Of a stretch of 64,000 bases of DNA, positions 9,633-18,534 are shown one piece after another. The stretch spans positions 32,001 through 96,000 of the forward strand of contig CBDIID010000003.1 of the NCBI GenBank assembly GCA_965279515.1, written 5' to 3'. This stretch comes from Turneriella sp. (lineage in GTDB: Bacteria; Spirochaetota; Leptospiria; Turneriellales; Turneriellaceae). The translations under genes and the position numbers were made by a program. Under the pieces are notes generated by a model, which did not search any database, was not told the DNA's origin, and saw only the letters and a program-made list of their open reading frames with translations. The stretch's first letter is position 1. Every line of letters begins with the position of its first letter.

Positions 9633-10684
9633 TGCAGGCCGAAAAAGAAACGCAACGCATCAGCGCCGCAACGGCGAAAACCCTGCTTAAGTCGTATAAG
9701 CCGAAGGCAAAAGTTCTGCCGAAGATCGCCGCACTCATCAAGGCGAATAAAAAGTTTCTGCTGACGACACATATCGGCGCCGACGCCGACGGTTTGGGCA
9801 GCCAGATCGGTCTTTACCTGCTGCTGAAGTCGCTTAAGAAAGATGTGAAAATTCTGAACAACGAGCATGTACCCGAGTATCTGCGCGAGTTAATGCCCGG
9901 CAAGCTCGTTGGCCATATCGGCGAGGGCGGCCTTACCGAAGCGGCGGCAGAAAAGCTGATGCGCGACCGTTTTGTGTTTATCCTCGATTCCTCTGAGCCA
10001 CACCGCAGCGATAAAGTGGGCGAGATGTTCCTGAAGCTGAAACGTCCCTGGGCGACGATCGACCACCATGTGCTGCCCGGAAAAAAAGAATTCTGCGTCG
10101 ACCCGACGTATGCGGCAACCGCCGAGCTCATCTGGGATCTCTACAAGTACCTGAAGAAACCAATCTCCAAAGCCGCAGCGACACCGCTCTATACGGGGTT
10201 GGTCGCCGACTCGGGCAATTTTCGTTATCCCAAGACATCGCTGCGCACGCATATTGCCGCAGGCGAGCTCATCGGTTTCGGCATCCATTCGGATTTCATA
10301 TTCCGGGCTATCTACGAAAGCCATCCCCTCGATCGCCTAAAACTCAATGCGCGCCTGATGCCGAAGGTGCAGATTCTCGCGAATAAGGTCGTGCTGTTAC
10401 CCGTATTACGCGCCGACCGTGAGGGTTTAGACCTCGGCGACAGTGGCACCGAGGGCATCGTGAACCATTTGCTGGCCCACAGGGGTGTCAAGGCGGCTGC
10501 AGTGCTGAGCGAGAGCTCAGAGGGCGAACTCAAGGGTTCGCTGCGCTCGATTGGCGCGGTCGACGTGGCATCATTGGCAAAAAAATTCGGCGGCGGCGGG
10601 CATAAGAATGCAGCGGGCCTCAAGGTGAGAAAACCCTTTGCTGAAGCGCTGAAGCTTGTAATTGCGGAATTAGAACAACTCTAG
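9632..10684 (+). CDS. nrnA: DHH/DHHA1 phosphoesterase (NrnA-like oligoribonuclease/pAp phosphatase)
   Basis: H.GADADGLGS, ILD, IDHH, DSGNFRY, SLRS and FGGGGHKNAAG motifs. Confidence 0.85.
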   Translation: MQAEKETQRISAATAKTLLKSYKPKAKVLPKIAALIKANKKFLLTTHIGADADGLGSQIGLYLLLKSLKKDVKILNNEHVPEYLRELMPGKLVGHIGEGGLTEAAAEKLMRDRFVFILDSSEPHRSDKVGEMFLKLKRPWATIDHHVLPGKKEFCVDPTYAATAELIWDLYKYLKKPISKAAATPLYTGLVADSGNFRYPKTSLRTHIAAGELIGFGIHSDFIFRAIYESHPLDRLKLNARLMPKVQILANKVVLLPVLRADREGLDLGDSGTEGIVNHLLAHRGVKAAAVLSESSEGELKGSLRSIGAVDVASLAKKFGGGGHKNAAGLKVRKPFAEALKLVIAELEQL

Positions 10685-10687
10685 GCC

Positions 10688-10721
10688 TCTTTTGCCCATG
10701 AATTAATTCATGGGCAAAAGA
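10688..10721. terminator. Perfect 34-bp palindrome, probable bidirectional terminator
   Basis: TCTTTTGCCCATGAATT|AATTCATGGGCAAAAGA lies between convergent stop codons. Confidence 0.65.
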
Positions 10722-12698
10722 TCAGCGAATGAGCTTTACAATCATCTCGAGCTTCTCGGCCGCTTCCATCACTTCCTGGACCTTGCTTTTGAAGATGACC
10801 AGCGCCGTGTCTGAGATTTCTTTTTTCACGATCTTTTTACCGCGGATCTGACCCAACAGTGCCTCTGTCAGGCGCGGGTCGGCGGTTTCGAGCAGAACGA
10901 TGCTCTCTTCGATGATGACAATCGGTAAATCTTTACTCCACTCGGTGAGATTGAAGTCGAGGGCCTGCGGTATGCCGCTGCGCGTCGTGCGGCCGAGCAG
11001 GGCCTTAAAGCTCTCGATCGTGTTGCCGAGCATGACGCCGGTCTGTACTGATTCTTTGTTGAGCTGGAAGTTAAAGACCTTGTCGTATTCCTTGAGTTCG
11101 GCAAAGGATTTTAACAGGTGCAGGTCATGCAGCGACATCTTTTCCGGGATCGCCACGAGTGTGCCGTCGGGGTTGAGAATGACTGCGCCCGAATCGCTTT
11201 CGGTTAACAGGGCCTCGTTGTGGAAGAAGTGGTTACCTAAATTGCTGACATAGACGAAACGTTTCGGATAATCGACGCGCAGCATACCCATGAGGTACAT
11301 GTAGATCATCGAAGAAACAATCATCGAACGCTGCTCGATGTAAGAGTTTTTAAAGTCACGCACCTTGAAGCCGGGTATCATGATCACGCGCGAGCGGATG
11401 AGTTCGGCGAGCAGCACCTTGACGAACATGCCATTGTTGTTTTCAATGAGTTTGATGCAGGTATCGATCATCGGCATCTTGAAGAACGGCAGGTCGATCG
11501 GTAAAAACACTTCGTCGCCGACCATACGTTTGTCGGCGGCTTCGAGAATCTTGTTGAAGAGGTCGCGCATGAGCTCCGACGGTTCGCGCTTGAGGAACTC
11601 CTCATAGTTTTCGATGAGCACGACGTTCTCGTCGCGCAGGTCGACGAGCTCGAACAGGCGCAGTAGCGGCAGAATGATTTCGATCTGGTGCATCTGGCTC
11701 TTTTCGGAAAAGAGGTTGATGTCGATGTCGATGAGTGAGGCTTCGGAGCGCTTCATGTCTGCCTGACGCAGTTTCTCCGACTGTGAAAGCGTGAGACCCT
11801 TATTAGAAATGAACAGCAACAGTTTCTTTAGGTTCAAAAGAAAGTCAAAACCGTTCTCAATCGTGCGTTCCGTGAGTTCTTTGACGTCGTTACGCACCGG
11901 GAAGAGCGGGTTCTTCTTGAGATAGTTGAAGAGCTCGAGCGGAATCACGAGGATGCGCACGAAACGCTCGTCGATGAAATAGATGTCTTTGAGCAGCTGG
12001 AAGGCGTCGAGCCGGCGGATGGTCTTTTCCATCGGCAGCTTTTGCTCGTCCATGATGATGCGCGCGGCGTTGATCTCGATGATACCGCCGTTGGTAAAGG
12101 CCTCGTCGAGCAGCACCATCTCACCTTCGCTGAGACTGCCGAGAGTTTTGATCAGCGTCTCTTCTTTGAAGGCCTTCTCGGCGTATTCGCGCGGCTTCTT
12201 GCCCTTGCCGCCCAGGATAATGAGGTATTTAGGATCGTACTCTTCAGGCGGGGTCTGTTCGACTTCGCGCCGGATGCTGATCTGGAATTTTTCGCCGCGC
12301 GAATTTCCGTCGGTAGAAACAATACTGCGGAATTCGTCGAAAGCGATATATTTATCGAGGTTGTGGGTAATCCGCTCGCGGTTCTTTTTCTGGTAAAGCA
12401 GCATGATGTGCTTTAACACAGCGAGTTCTTTCTCGACGTTGATCGGCTGCAGCTGTATTTTGCGGCTGATTTCACCCAACGTCAGAATCTGTTTGTTATT
12501 TAATATCACCGCATAGATTTTTACCTGCAGCGGTGTCAGTTTTTCGAGGACGGTTTTCAGGAAGTAGGGGTCGACGAAGGTCTTGGAGAGCAGCTGAATG
12601 AGGGCCCGTTTATCGCCCGGTGGCTTAAGCAGTCCCCAGACCTCGGCCACCCTTAGGAGCTGCTCTTTTTCCAGTTTGCCAAGCTCTTCAAGCAGCAC
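10722..12698 (-). CDS. Helicase-associated domain protein (Helicase_C_3-like, XPB-partner type)
   Basis: C-terminal ILNPDGTLVA...L..FAEL...DKV..FQL.KESV..G...IPQAL.F.L.EW, plus an N-terminal wHTH-like region. Confidence 0.7.
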   Translation of the reverse strand: MLLEELGKLEKEQLLRVAEVWGLLKPPGDKRALIQLLSKTFVDPYFLKTVLEKLTPLQVKIYAVILNNKQILTLGEISRKIQLQPINVEKELAVLKHIMLLYQKKNRERITHNLDKYIAFDEFRSIVSTDGNSRGEKFQISIRREVEQTPPEEYDPKYLIILGGKGKKPREYAEKAFKEETLIKTLGSLSEGEMVLLDEAFTNGGIIEINAARIIMDEQKLPMEKTIRRLDAFQLLKDIYFIDERFVRILVIPLELFNYLKKNPLFPVRNDVKELTERTIENGFDFLLNLKKLLLFISNKGLTLSQSEKLRQADMKRSEASLIDIDINLFSEKSQMHQIEIILPLLRLFELVDLRDENVVLIENYEEFLKREPSELMRDLFNKILEAADKRMVGDEVFLPIDLPFFKMPMIDTCIKLIENNNGMFVKVLLAELIRSRVIMIPGFKVRDFKNSYIEQRSMIVSSMIYMYLMGMLRVDYPKRFVYVSNLGNHFFHNEALLTESDSGAVILNPDGTLVAIPEKMSLHDLHLLKSFAELKEYDKVFNFQLNKESVQTGVMLGNTIESFKALLGRTTRSGIPQALDFNLTEWSKDLPIVIIEESIVLLETADPRLTEALLGQIRGKKIVKKEISDTALVIFKSKVQEVMEAAEKLEMIVKLIR

Positions 12699-12814
12699 AG
12701 ACAGGCAGAGGATATTAGCCGAGATAGCGTGTAAAATCGTTTATGCCTTTTCCCCGGCCATAGCGCCAAAATAGTCCTTGCCATAGGGACGGCAAAGTCT
12801 CGACTGCTTTAGAA

Positions 12815-13582
12815 ATGTGGCGTTCTTTTATACCCAACGCATTTTCGATGGGTAATCTTACATTTGGTTTTTTCTCGATGGTGATAGCCTCGCGCGCCAC
12901 CGGGCATAACTCTGAGAATTTTTATTATTTCATCGCAGCCAGCCTATGTATTATCATCGCGGCGATCTTTGATGGTCTTGACGGCCCCCTGGCGCGGCTG
13001 TTCAAATCGCAGAGCCAGTTGGGCGAGCAGCTCGATTCACTGGCCGACCTGACAACGTTTGGCCTGGCACCCGGTTTTCTGATGTACAAGATTTACCTCT
13101 ACGAGATTGTCATCAGTAAGGCAACTTTTGGCACCCCGTGGGATATCCCCGTGGGCATGGCCGTTGCAGCCGTTTTTCCGCTCTGCGCCGCGTTCCGTTT
13201 GGCGCGTTTTAACGTGGCCCACGACCCGAACGCCTTTGTGGGGTTACCCTCGCCGGTTGCGGGGCTGCTGATCGCCTTTTTACCACTGTACAATAACAAC
13301 ACACAATATATCTCCCGCCCTGTCGCAATTGTCATATTTATATCCGTCGCATTCCTTATGATCAGCAATATCAGGTATACGAAGCCGCAATCGAATATCC
13401 GCCGGCAGTTTACCATTGTCAGGGCAATCGGCTTTGTCGCCATCATTGGCCTGCTAATCTATCGTTTTAACCTATACTTTGTCGTGTTTGGTGTCGTTAT
13501 TTTATATGTGGCGTCCGGGCTCTTTGCGATGGTGATACACATTACGCAGAAGCTCCGCTATAAAATTACATCCGGGGAATAA
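12815..13582 (+). CDS. pssA: CDP-diacylglycerol--serine O-phosphatidyltransferase
   Basis: IPN.FSMGNL..G, DGLDG.LAR....S.LGEQLDSLADL.TFGLAP, RLARFN, FVGLPSP. Confidence 0.92.
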   Translation: MWRSFIPNAFSMGNLTFGFFSMVIASRATGHNSENFYYFIAASLCIIIAAIFDGLDGPLARLFKSQSQLGEQLDSLADLTTFGLAPGFLMYKIYLYEIVISKATFGTPWDIPVGMAVAAVFPLCAAFRLARFNVAHDPNAFVGLPSPVAGLLIAFLPLYNNNTQYISRPVAIVIFISVAFLMISNIRYTKPQSNIRRQFTIVRAIGFVAIIGLLIYRFNLYFVVFGVVILYVASGLFAMVIHITQKLRYKITSGE

Positions 13583-13583
13583 G

Positions 13584-14462
13584 ATGTCTTTCAAATCCGT
13601 TTTGCTACAGTTGCGTAATACCGGCATAGTTCTGCTCGTCTCATCGGGATTAATCATAGGTCAAATCGGCGCGGCAGACGAAAAGCCAGCCGAGAAGCCA
13701 GAAAAGGCTGAGAAGGCCGAGCCGCCGGTGAAACCTGAAAGCACCGAAAAAGCCGGAAAAGCCGAGCCGCCTGCTAAAGCCGAAAGCACCGAGAAAGCAG
13801 GAAAGGCTGAGCCGGCTGCTAAAGCTGAAAAGACCGAGAAGGGAGAAAAAGGCCCCGAAGGTAAGCGCAAGAAGCGCGTTATCAAACTCGCCGAAGATAA
13901 AGAAGAAACCGCGCCACCGGAAAAAGATCCCGCAACGTATGAGCTCAGCAACAAGAAATTTTTAGAGGGCTATACGGTACTCGACCGCCAACCATGGGAC
14001 CGCGGTGAACATATTCTGATCTCAGCACTTATGGGCGCTATCGGTGGCGGCATTGTCGGCGGCATGGTCGGCTTTTCCGGTTATGATAAGAACGATGATA
14101 CCAAAACGCTGAACTCGCTCTATGCCTTCGCGGGTGCCGGCGCCGGGCTGGGTGTTGTCGGCGGCCTGACGACGACCTTTTTTGAGCGCGGCAGGGTAGA
14201 ACAATTTGCCATCGGCAAGTTTCTTCTCAAGTACTCATGGTATGGTGCCATCGGCGGCGCGCTGATTGGCGGCGGCATCGGCATGATTCCTTATGCTTCG
14301 AGCGGCGACTACGGCGACATTGTGCGTTATGCGGGTTATGGGGCCGGGGTCGGCCTGGCTGCCGGATTAGCGCTGTTCTTCATCGATTTACCCGATCACA
14401 TGAAATTATATTCGTACAGGCGTGAAGACCAGAGCGTGATCATGATCGCCTGGCGTTTCTAG
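13584..14462 (+). CDS. Exported/membrane protein with charged repeat linker and glycine-zipper helices
   Basis: Signal peptide, E/K/A/P repeats and two GAIGG...GxxxG helix pairs. Confidence 0.75.
   Translation: MSFKSVLLQLRNTGIVLLVSSGLIIGQIGAADEKPAEKPEKAEKAEPPVKPESTEKAGKAEPPAKAESTEKAGKAEPAAKAEKTEKGEKGPEGKRKKRVIKLAEDKEETAPPEKDPATYELSNKKFLEGYTVLDRQPWDRGEHILISALMGAIGGGIVGGMVGFSGYDKNDDTKTLNSLYAFAGAGAGLGVVGGLTTTFFERGRVEQFAIGKFLLKYSWYGAIGGALIGGGIGMIPYASSGDYGDIVRYAGYGAGVGLAAGLALFFIDLPDHMKLYSYRREDQSVIMIAWRF
13701..13835 (+). repeat. 3 x 45-nt in-frame tandem repeat (EKAGKAEPPAKAEST-like)
   Basis: Units start at 13701, 13746 and 13791. Confidence 0.85.
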
Positions 14463-14480
14463 GAAAGTTCTGCGGGCTTG

Positions 14481-15269
14481 CTAACGCCAGGCCTTAAGCA
14501 TCGCATCGAGCATCGTCAGCGAACGGTCCATCTCGGCGAACATCGTCTGCACCAGGAGCGGCGCGAGAATAGCCAGCGCCATAAAACCGATCACGATCTT
14601 TGCTGAAAAACCCAGCACAAGCATATTCATCTGCGGCGCGGCTTTCGAGAGAATGCCGAGAGTGACCGAGACAAGCAGCAGGCAGCCGATGACGGGCAGG
14701 GCGATCTTCAGCGCCGAGATAAACATACCGCCCGATAATAGCGCAAAATATTTAAATAGCTGGTTCTGCACGATTCCCTGTTTCAAAAATGAAAACCCTA
14801 GATGCGGAACGCGCTCGACGGAAAATGCCAGCGCCTGGATGAGATAGGTGTGCGCGCCGCTGACAAAAAAAACAAACAGCGCGATCAGGTTCTTGAACGT
14901 ACCGATCACGGGCAGCGAGATCTGCGACAGCGGGTCTAAGACTTCGCTGATGCCAAAACCCATCTGTACGGAAAAAAATTCCCCCGCGAGCTGATAGGCC
15001 GCGAACAGAAACTGCATGGCGATGCCGATAAAGATACCGATCATCGCCTGCTCGAACACAATCATGATAAACGAATTTTTCAGGTCTTCTTCAAACCCGG
15101 GAGGCATGTTTGCGACCGGCGTCACGATGCCGGCGCAGATGAACGACAGGGCGAAGCGGGAAAAGAACGGCAGCGAATCGCCGGAATAACCCGGAGCCAC
15201 CGAGAACAATGCGAGAAAACGGGCGAAAACCAGGGTAAAAAGCTGAAACTGCCCGGTGAGGATTTCCAC
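14481..15269 (-). CDS. fliR: Flagellar biosynthetic protein FliR
   Basis: LVFARF, AYQLAGEFFSVQMGFG, ALKIALP, LSKAAPQMN. GTG start just after the fliQ stop. Confidence 0.93.
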   Translation of the reverse strand: MEILTGQFQLFTLVFARFLALFSVAPGYSGDSLPFFSRFALSFICAGIVTPVANMPPGFEEDLKNSFIMIVFEQAMIGIFIGIAMQFLFAAYQLAGEFFSVQMGFGISEVLDPLSQISLPVIGTFKNLIALFVFFVSGAHTYLIQALAFSVERVPHLGFSFLKQGIVQNQLFKYFALLSGGMFISALKIALPVIGCLLLVSVTLGILSKAAPQMNMLVLGFSAKIVIGFMALAILAPLLVQTMFAEMDRSLTMLDAMLKAWR

Positions 15270-15274
15270 CTGAC

Positions 15275-15538
15275 TTAATGTTTGCCTATGATGCGCATCA
15301 GATCGCGCGTATAGTCGGTCATGCTGTGGATCATCCACGAAGCGAAGATGAGCGAGACGACAAGCACCGCGATCAGCTTCGGCACAAATGTCAGCGTCTG
15401 CTCCTGGATGCTGGTCGTGGTCTGTATGATGCTGATGATGAGACCAACGATAAGCGACACCATGAGCGCCGGTGCGCTGAGCTTTACCGTGAGCCAGATG
15501 GCATCACGCAGAAGGGAAATGACGTCGGTTTCCGACAT
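15275..15538 (-). CDS. fliQ: Flagellar biosynthetic protein FliQ
   Basis: GLIISIIQTTTSIQEQTLTFVPKL. Confidence 0.95.
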   Translation of the reverse strand: MSETDVISLLRDAIWLTVKLSAPALMVSLIVGLIISIIQTTTSIQEQTLTFVPKLIAVLVVSLIFASWMIHSMTDYTRDLMRIIGKH

Positions 15539-15578
15539 GTGACATAATACAGCCGGGCCCGAACGCCGCGTCAAGCCA

Positions 15579-16265
15579 TTACGCAGGCCGGAAGATCAGC
15601 GCAAACTCGCCCTGTTTGCCTTTGGCCCAGGCAACTGCATCAGCGATAGGCCCCAAAAAAAACTCTTCATGCGTTTTGGTGATTTCGCGGCCGATGAGGA
15701 TTTCACTCTGCGGAAACACCAGCTGAATATCGGCGAGGCATTTTTCGATGCGGTGCACCGACTCGTAGAGCGCGATGGCACCTTCAAAGTCCAGGTACTT
15801 CTTCAGTTCATTCTGCCTGCGGCCGCTCTTGGGGGAGAGAAAACCCAGAAAGAGCAAAGGGTCGACAGAGAAGGGCGTTACGCTGACCAGTGCGGTCAGC
15901 GCCGCGGCGCCGGGTACGGGAATAATCCGGATTTTATTTTCATAGCAGAGTTTCAGGATGCGCGCTCCGGGATCCGAAAGCCGGGGAGTGCCCGCGTCGG
16001 AAATCAGTGCACCGGTGCGGCCTTCGGTTAACAGCTTGATGAGCCCCTCGGCGCTCGCCGCCTCGCTGAACGGATTGTGTACCAGCAGTTTCGCCGAGGT
16101 GGAGACTCCCGCGCGACGGAAGAGATCCAACGCTTTGCGCGTGTCTTCGCAGGCGATAAAATCTACAGAAGAGAGAATTTGTTTTGCGCGCTCGGTTAAA
16201 TCCGCCGCGTTGCCGATCGGTACGGCGACCGAATAAAGACAGCCCCCTTTGCCGGGAGCAGTCAT
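15579..16265 (-). CDS. rsmI: 16S rRNA (cytidine1402-2'-O)-methyltransferase
   Basis: LY.VA.PIGN..D...RA, ACEDTR, SDAGTP.LSDPG, YESVHR, REITK.HEE. Confidence 0.93.
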   Translation of the reverse strand: MTAPGKGGCLYSVAVPIGNAADLTERAKQILSSVDFIACEDTRKALDLFRRAGVSTSAKLLVHNPFSEAASAEGLIKLLTEGRTGALISDAGTPRLSDPGARILKLCYENKIRIIPVPGAAALTALVSVTPFSVDPLLFLGFLSPKSGRRQNELKKYLDFEGAIALYESVHRIEKCLADIQLVFPQSEILIGREITKTHEEFFLGPIADAVAWAKGKQGEFALIFRPA

Positions 16266-17429
16266 TTAGCCCTGGCTTTTGGCGGCTGCGGCCTTTTTTC
16301 TTTCAGGCGCGCGGCGATCGTATTCCTGCAGCGCCTTCCAGGTAGCGGAATAATCATTGCGGGCATTCCAGACAACATAACCGTCACCCTTGGCATCGTC
16401 GACGGCGTAAAACTGTTTTAATACATATTGCGGTAATGCGAGGCCTGATTCCTTGATCTTCATGCCAAAACCCTGGATCCATGGGATGATCCGCGTTTTG
16501 GGAATACGTTCTTTTGAATTCGCAACACCTTCTTTGACGGTGCCATAGGGATCGGCGATCTTTTCCGGGTCACCATAATAGTGCGATGGATACACCATGG
16601 GATAGAGATTGTGCACGTGTGCGCCGAAGATTTCGAGCTTCTGGCCGATCTGGTCGTTCTTGTTCAGCGTAATGCGGCCAAAGACGTCGGCGCCGAGTTC
16701 GACGCCCAGGGAGTCGGTGAGCTTGCGCGCGCGGGAGAGGATGCCGCTGACCTGCTCATATTTTAATTTGAGCGGCAGGCGCTGCATCTCGCGGCTGTCG
16801 GCGTAACGGATATAGTCGAGCTGTATCTCGCGAAAACCGGTTTTCACCGCGCGCTCGACCGCCGCCATAATACTTTCGATGCGTTTGGGATCGGGGTATT
16901 TTTGTTTGAGACCCAGGTCAAAGCAGACGACGCGGGCGATCGGATAAATACCGCTGCCCTTGATATAAGACATCTGTTCCGCTGTCAGGGCCTTGCCCTG
17001 CGCGTCGATGACCATCGCATTGATGCCGTACTTTTTGCTCTGGTCTACAAAATGTGTCAGCGACTTTGTGTTGATGGCTGTCGCATTGGTGAGGTAGATG
17101 CCCTTGATAAATTGCGGCCGCGCCATCGGAAACATCGCCCATGACAGCTGGTACTCCTGCAGCTTCTTGAGGAAGGTAAGCACAGAGTTGCCGCCCATGG
17201 CCGCGGTCTTAAAATTGATCGGTTCTTTTTTATCAGCGGCAGGCGTTACGGGGGGAGTGTTCGCGAGTGCGACGTTCGGCTCTGGCTCAGCAGCCTTTGT
17301 CACATGGACTTTGGCATCAGTGGGTTTAGCCGCTGTGGCGGCCCCAGCTTTCAGGCAAGTCATGCTGCTGTAGAGAGAGACCATCGCAAATACGAAAAAG
17401 AAGGGAAGGGTACGGTTGATTTTTTGCAT
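16266..17429 (-). CDS. Putative glycoside hydrolase, DUF4015-like, exported
   Basis: KGIYLT, INAMVID, IYPIARVV.F, GF.EIQLDYIRY, DVFG, IGQ, PMVYPSHY, PWIQGF, WNA.N.Y. Confidence 0.8.
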   Translation of the reverse strand: MQKINRTLPFFFVFAMVSLYSSMTCLKAGAATAAKPTDAKVHVTKAAEPEPNVALANTPPVTPAADKKEPINFKTAAMGGNSVLTFLKKLQEYQLSWAMFPMARPQFIKGIYLTNATAINTKSLTHFVDQSKKYGINAMVIDAQGKALTAEQMSYIKGSGIYPIARVVCFDLGLKQKYPDPKRIESIMAAVERAVKTGFREIQLDYIRYADSREMQRLPLKLKYEQVSGILSRARKLTDSLGVELGADVFGRITLNKNDQIGQKLEIFGAHVHNLYPMVYPSHYYGDPEKIADPYGTVKEGVANSKERIPKTRIIPWIQGFGMKIKESGLALPQYVLKQFYAVDDAKGDGYVVWNARNDYSATWKALQEYDRRAPERKKAAAAKSQG

Positions 17430-17455
17430 GAGGATACCTAATATTTTCGGCAATC

Positions 17456-17535
17456 AGGGCCAATTTCACGAGGCTATTGCCTCAGCGTTTTTTCAAAACG
17501 TGGGGGCCGCCTTGCGGCCCGGTGAAATTGGCCTT
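17456..17535. other. Four-way-junction structured intergenic element
   Basis: 12-14-bp outer stem enclosing three perfect hairpins (see findings). Confidence 0.6.
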
Positions 17536-17639
17536 TGTATGCCACTTTCCTGTCTTTTTTTGTGAGACATGCGGGCAATGAATGAGGAAAAGCGTGTTTG
17601 CATGACGGCGCGTTTCCGCTTCCCAAACTGCCCCAGTCG

Positions 17640-18374
17640 ATGGGCAAGCAAACACCTGAAAGCGAGACCACAACCACGCCGCGTGAAAAGCGCGAAGTCG
17701 TGCGTGGCATGTTCAACCGCATCGCCCCGACCTACGATCTACTCAATCGCATTTTGTCGTTTGGTATCGATCGCCGCTGGCGGCGGCAGACGATTCAGCT
17801 GATGGGGCTCGATGAAAAATCGGTCGTGCTCGATCTGGCCTGCGGTACCGGGGACCTATCGGATGCCGCCGCAAAGCAGGGCGCCCGGGTGGTCTTTGCC
17901 GTCGATCCCTCGCGTGAAATGCTGCTGCGTGCGGGCGGCAAGCTGCGTTATGCAGCGGCGCGCTGTTATTTCGTTGAAGCTTTCGGCGAAGAGCTGCCCC
18001 TCAAAAGCGGGCTCTGCACGCATGCGATGATTGCCTTCGGCATCCGCAACGTGCAGGAGCGCCACCGTGCCTTTGCCGAGATCTACCGCATTTTAAAGCC
18101 GGGCGGCGTCTTTGCCGTGCTCGAATTTACGCCGATGGACCGCAAATTTATCTCTTCGGTATTCAACCTCTATTTTCAGAAGCTCCTGCCTGCAATCGGC
18201 GGCCTCATCAGCCGCGACCGCCAGGCGTACCAGTACCTGCCCGAGTCGGTGGCGCGTTTTGTCACCACGGCGGATCTCATGCGCGAAGGGGAAGCGGCCG
18301 GTTTTGCAGTCCTGGGCACCAAGGTCTTTGCCATGGGTGTTGCAACCTGCATTCTTTTCCGTAAGCCGGATTAA
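17640..18374 (+). CDS. ubiE: Demethylmenaquinone/ubiquinone methyltransferase UbiE/MenG
   Basis: MFNRIAPTYDLLNRILSFGIDRRWR, LDLACGTGD, AFGIRNV, RILKPGG, AYQYLPESV. Confidence 0.93.
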   Translation: MGKQTPESETTTTPREKREVVRGMFNRIAPTYDLLNRILSFGIDRRWRRQTIQLMGLDEKSVVLDLACGTGDLSDAAAKQGARVVFAVDPSREMLLRAGGKLRYAAARCYFVEAFGEELPLKSGLCTHAMIAFGIRNVQERHRAFAEIYRILKPGGVFAVLEFTPMDRKFISSVFNLYFQKLLPAIGGLISRDRQAYQYLPESVARFVTTADLMREGEAAGFAVLGTKVFAMGVATCILFRKPD

Positions 18375-18534
18375 CTGCGTTTCTGTTCATTTTTCCATGA
18401 AAAAGGCATAAGTCACCGCCCTTTTGTTCGGGGATAGTTTTTGGCAATTACATAATTAGATAATTAGCTAAATAATAATTGACGTGCCGTTTGCCTTTTG
18501 GGTATCTCCCGCGCAATCGAATGAGGAGACATAA

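Noticed and set aside
17456..17535. tRNA gene (76-nt cloverleaf)
   Set aside because: Loops are 3-4 nt, with no anticodon loop, no TTCG T-loop, no D-loop GG and no CCA end.
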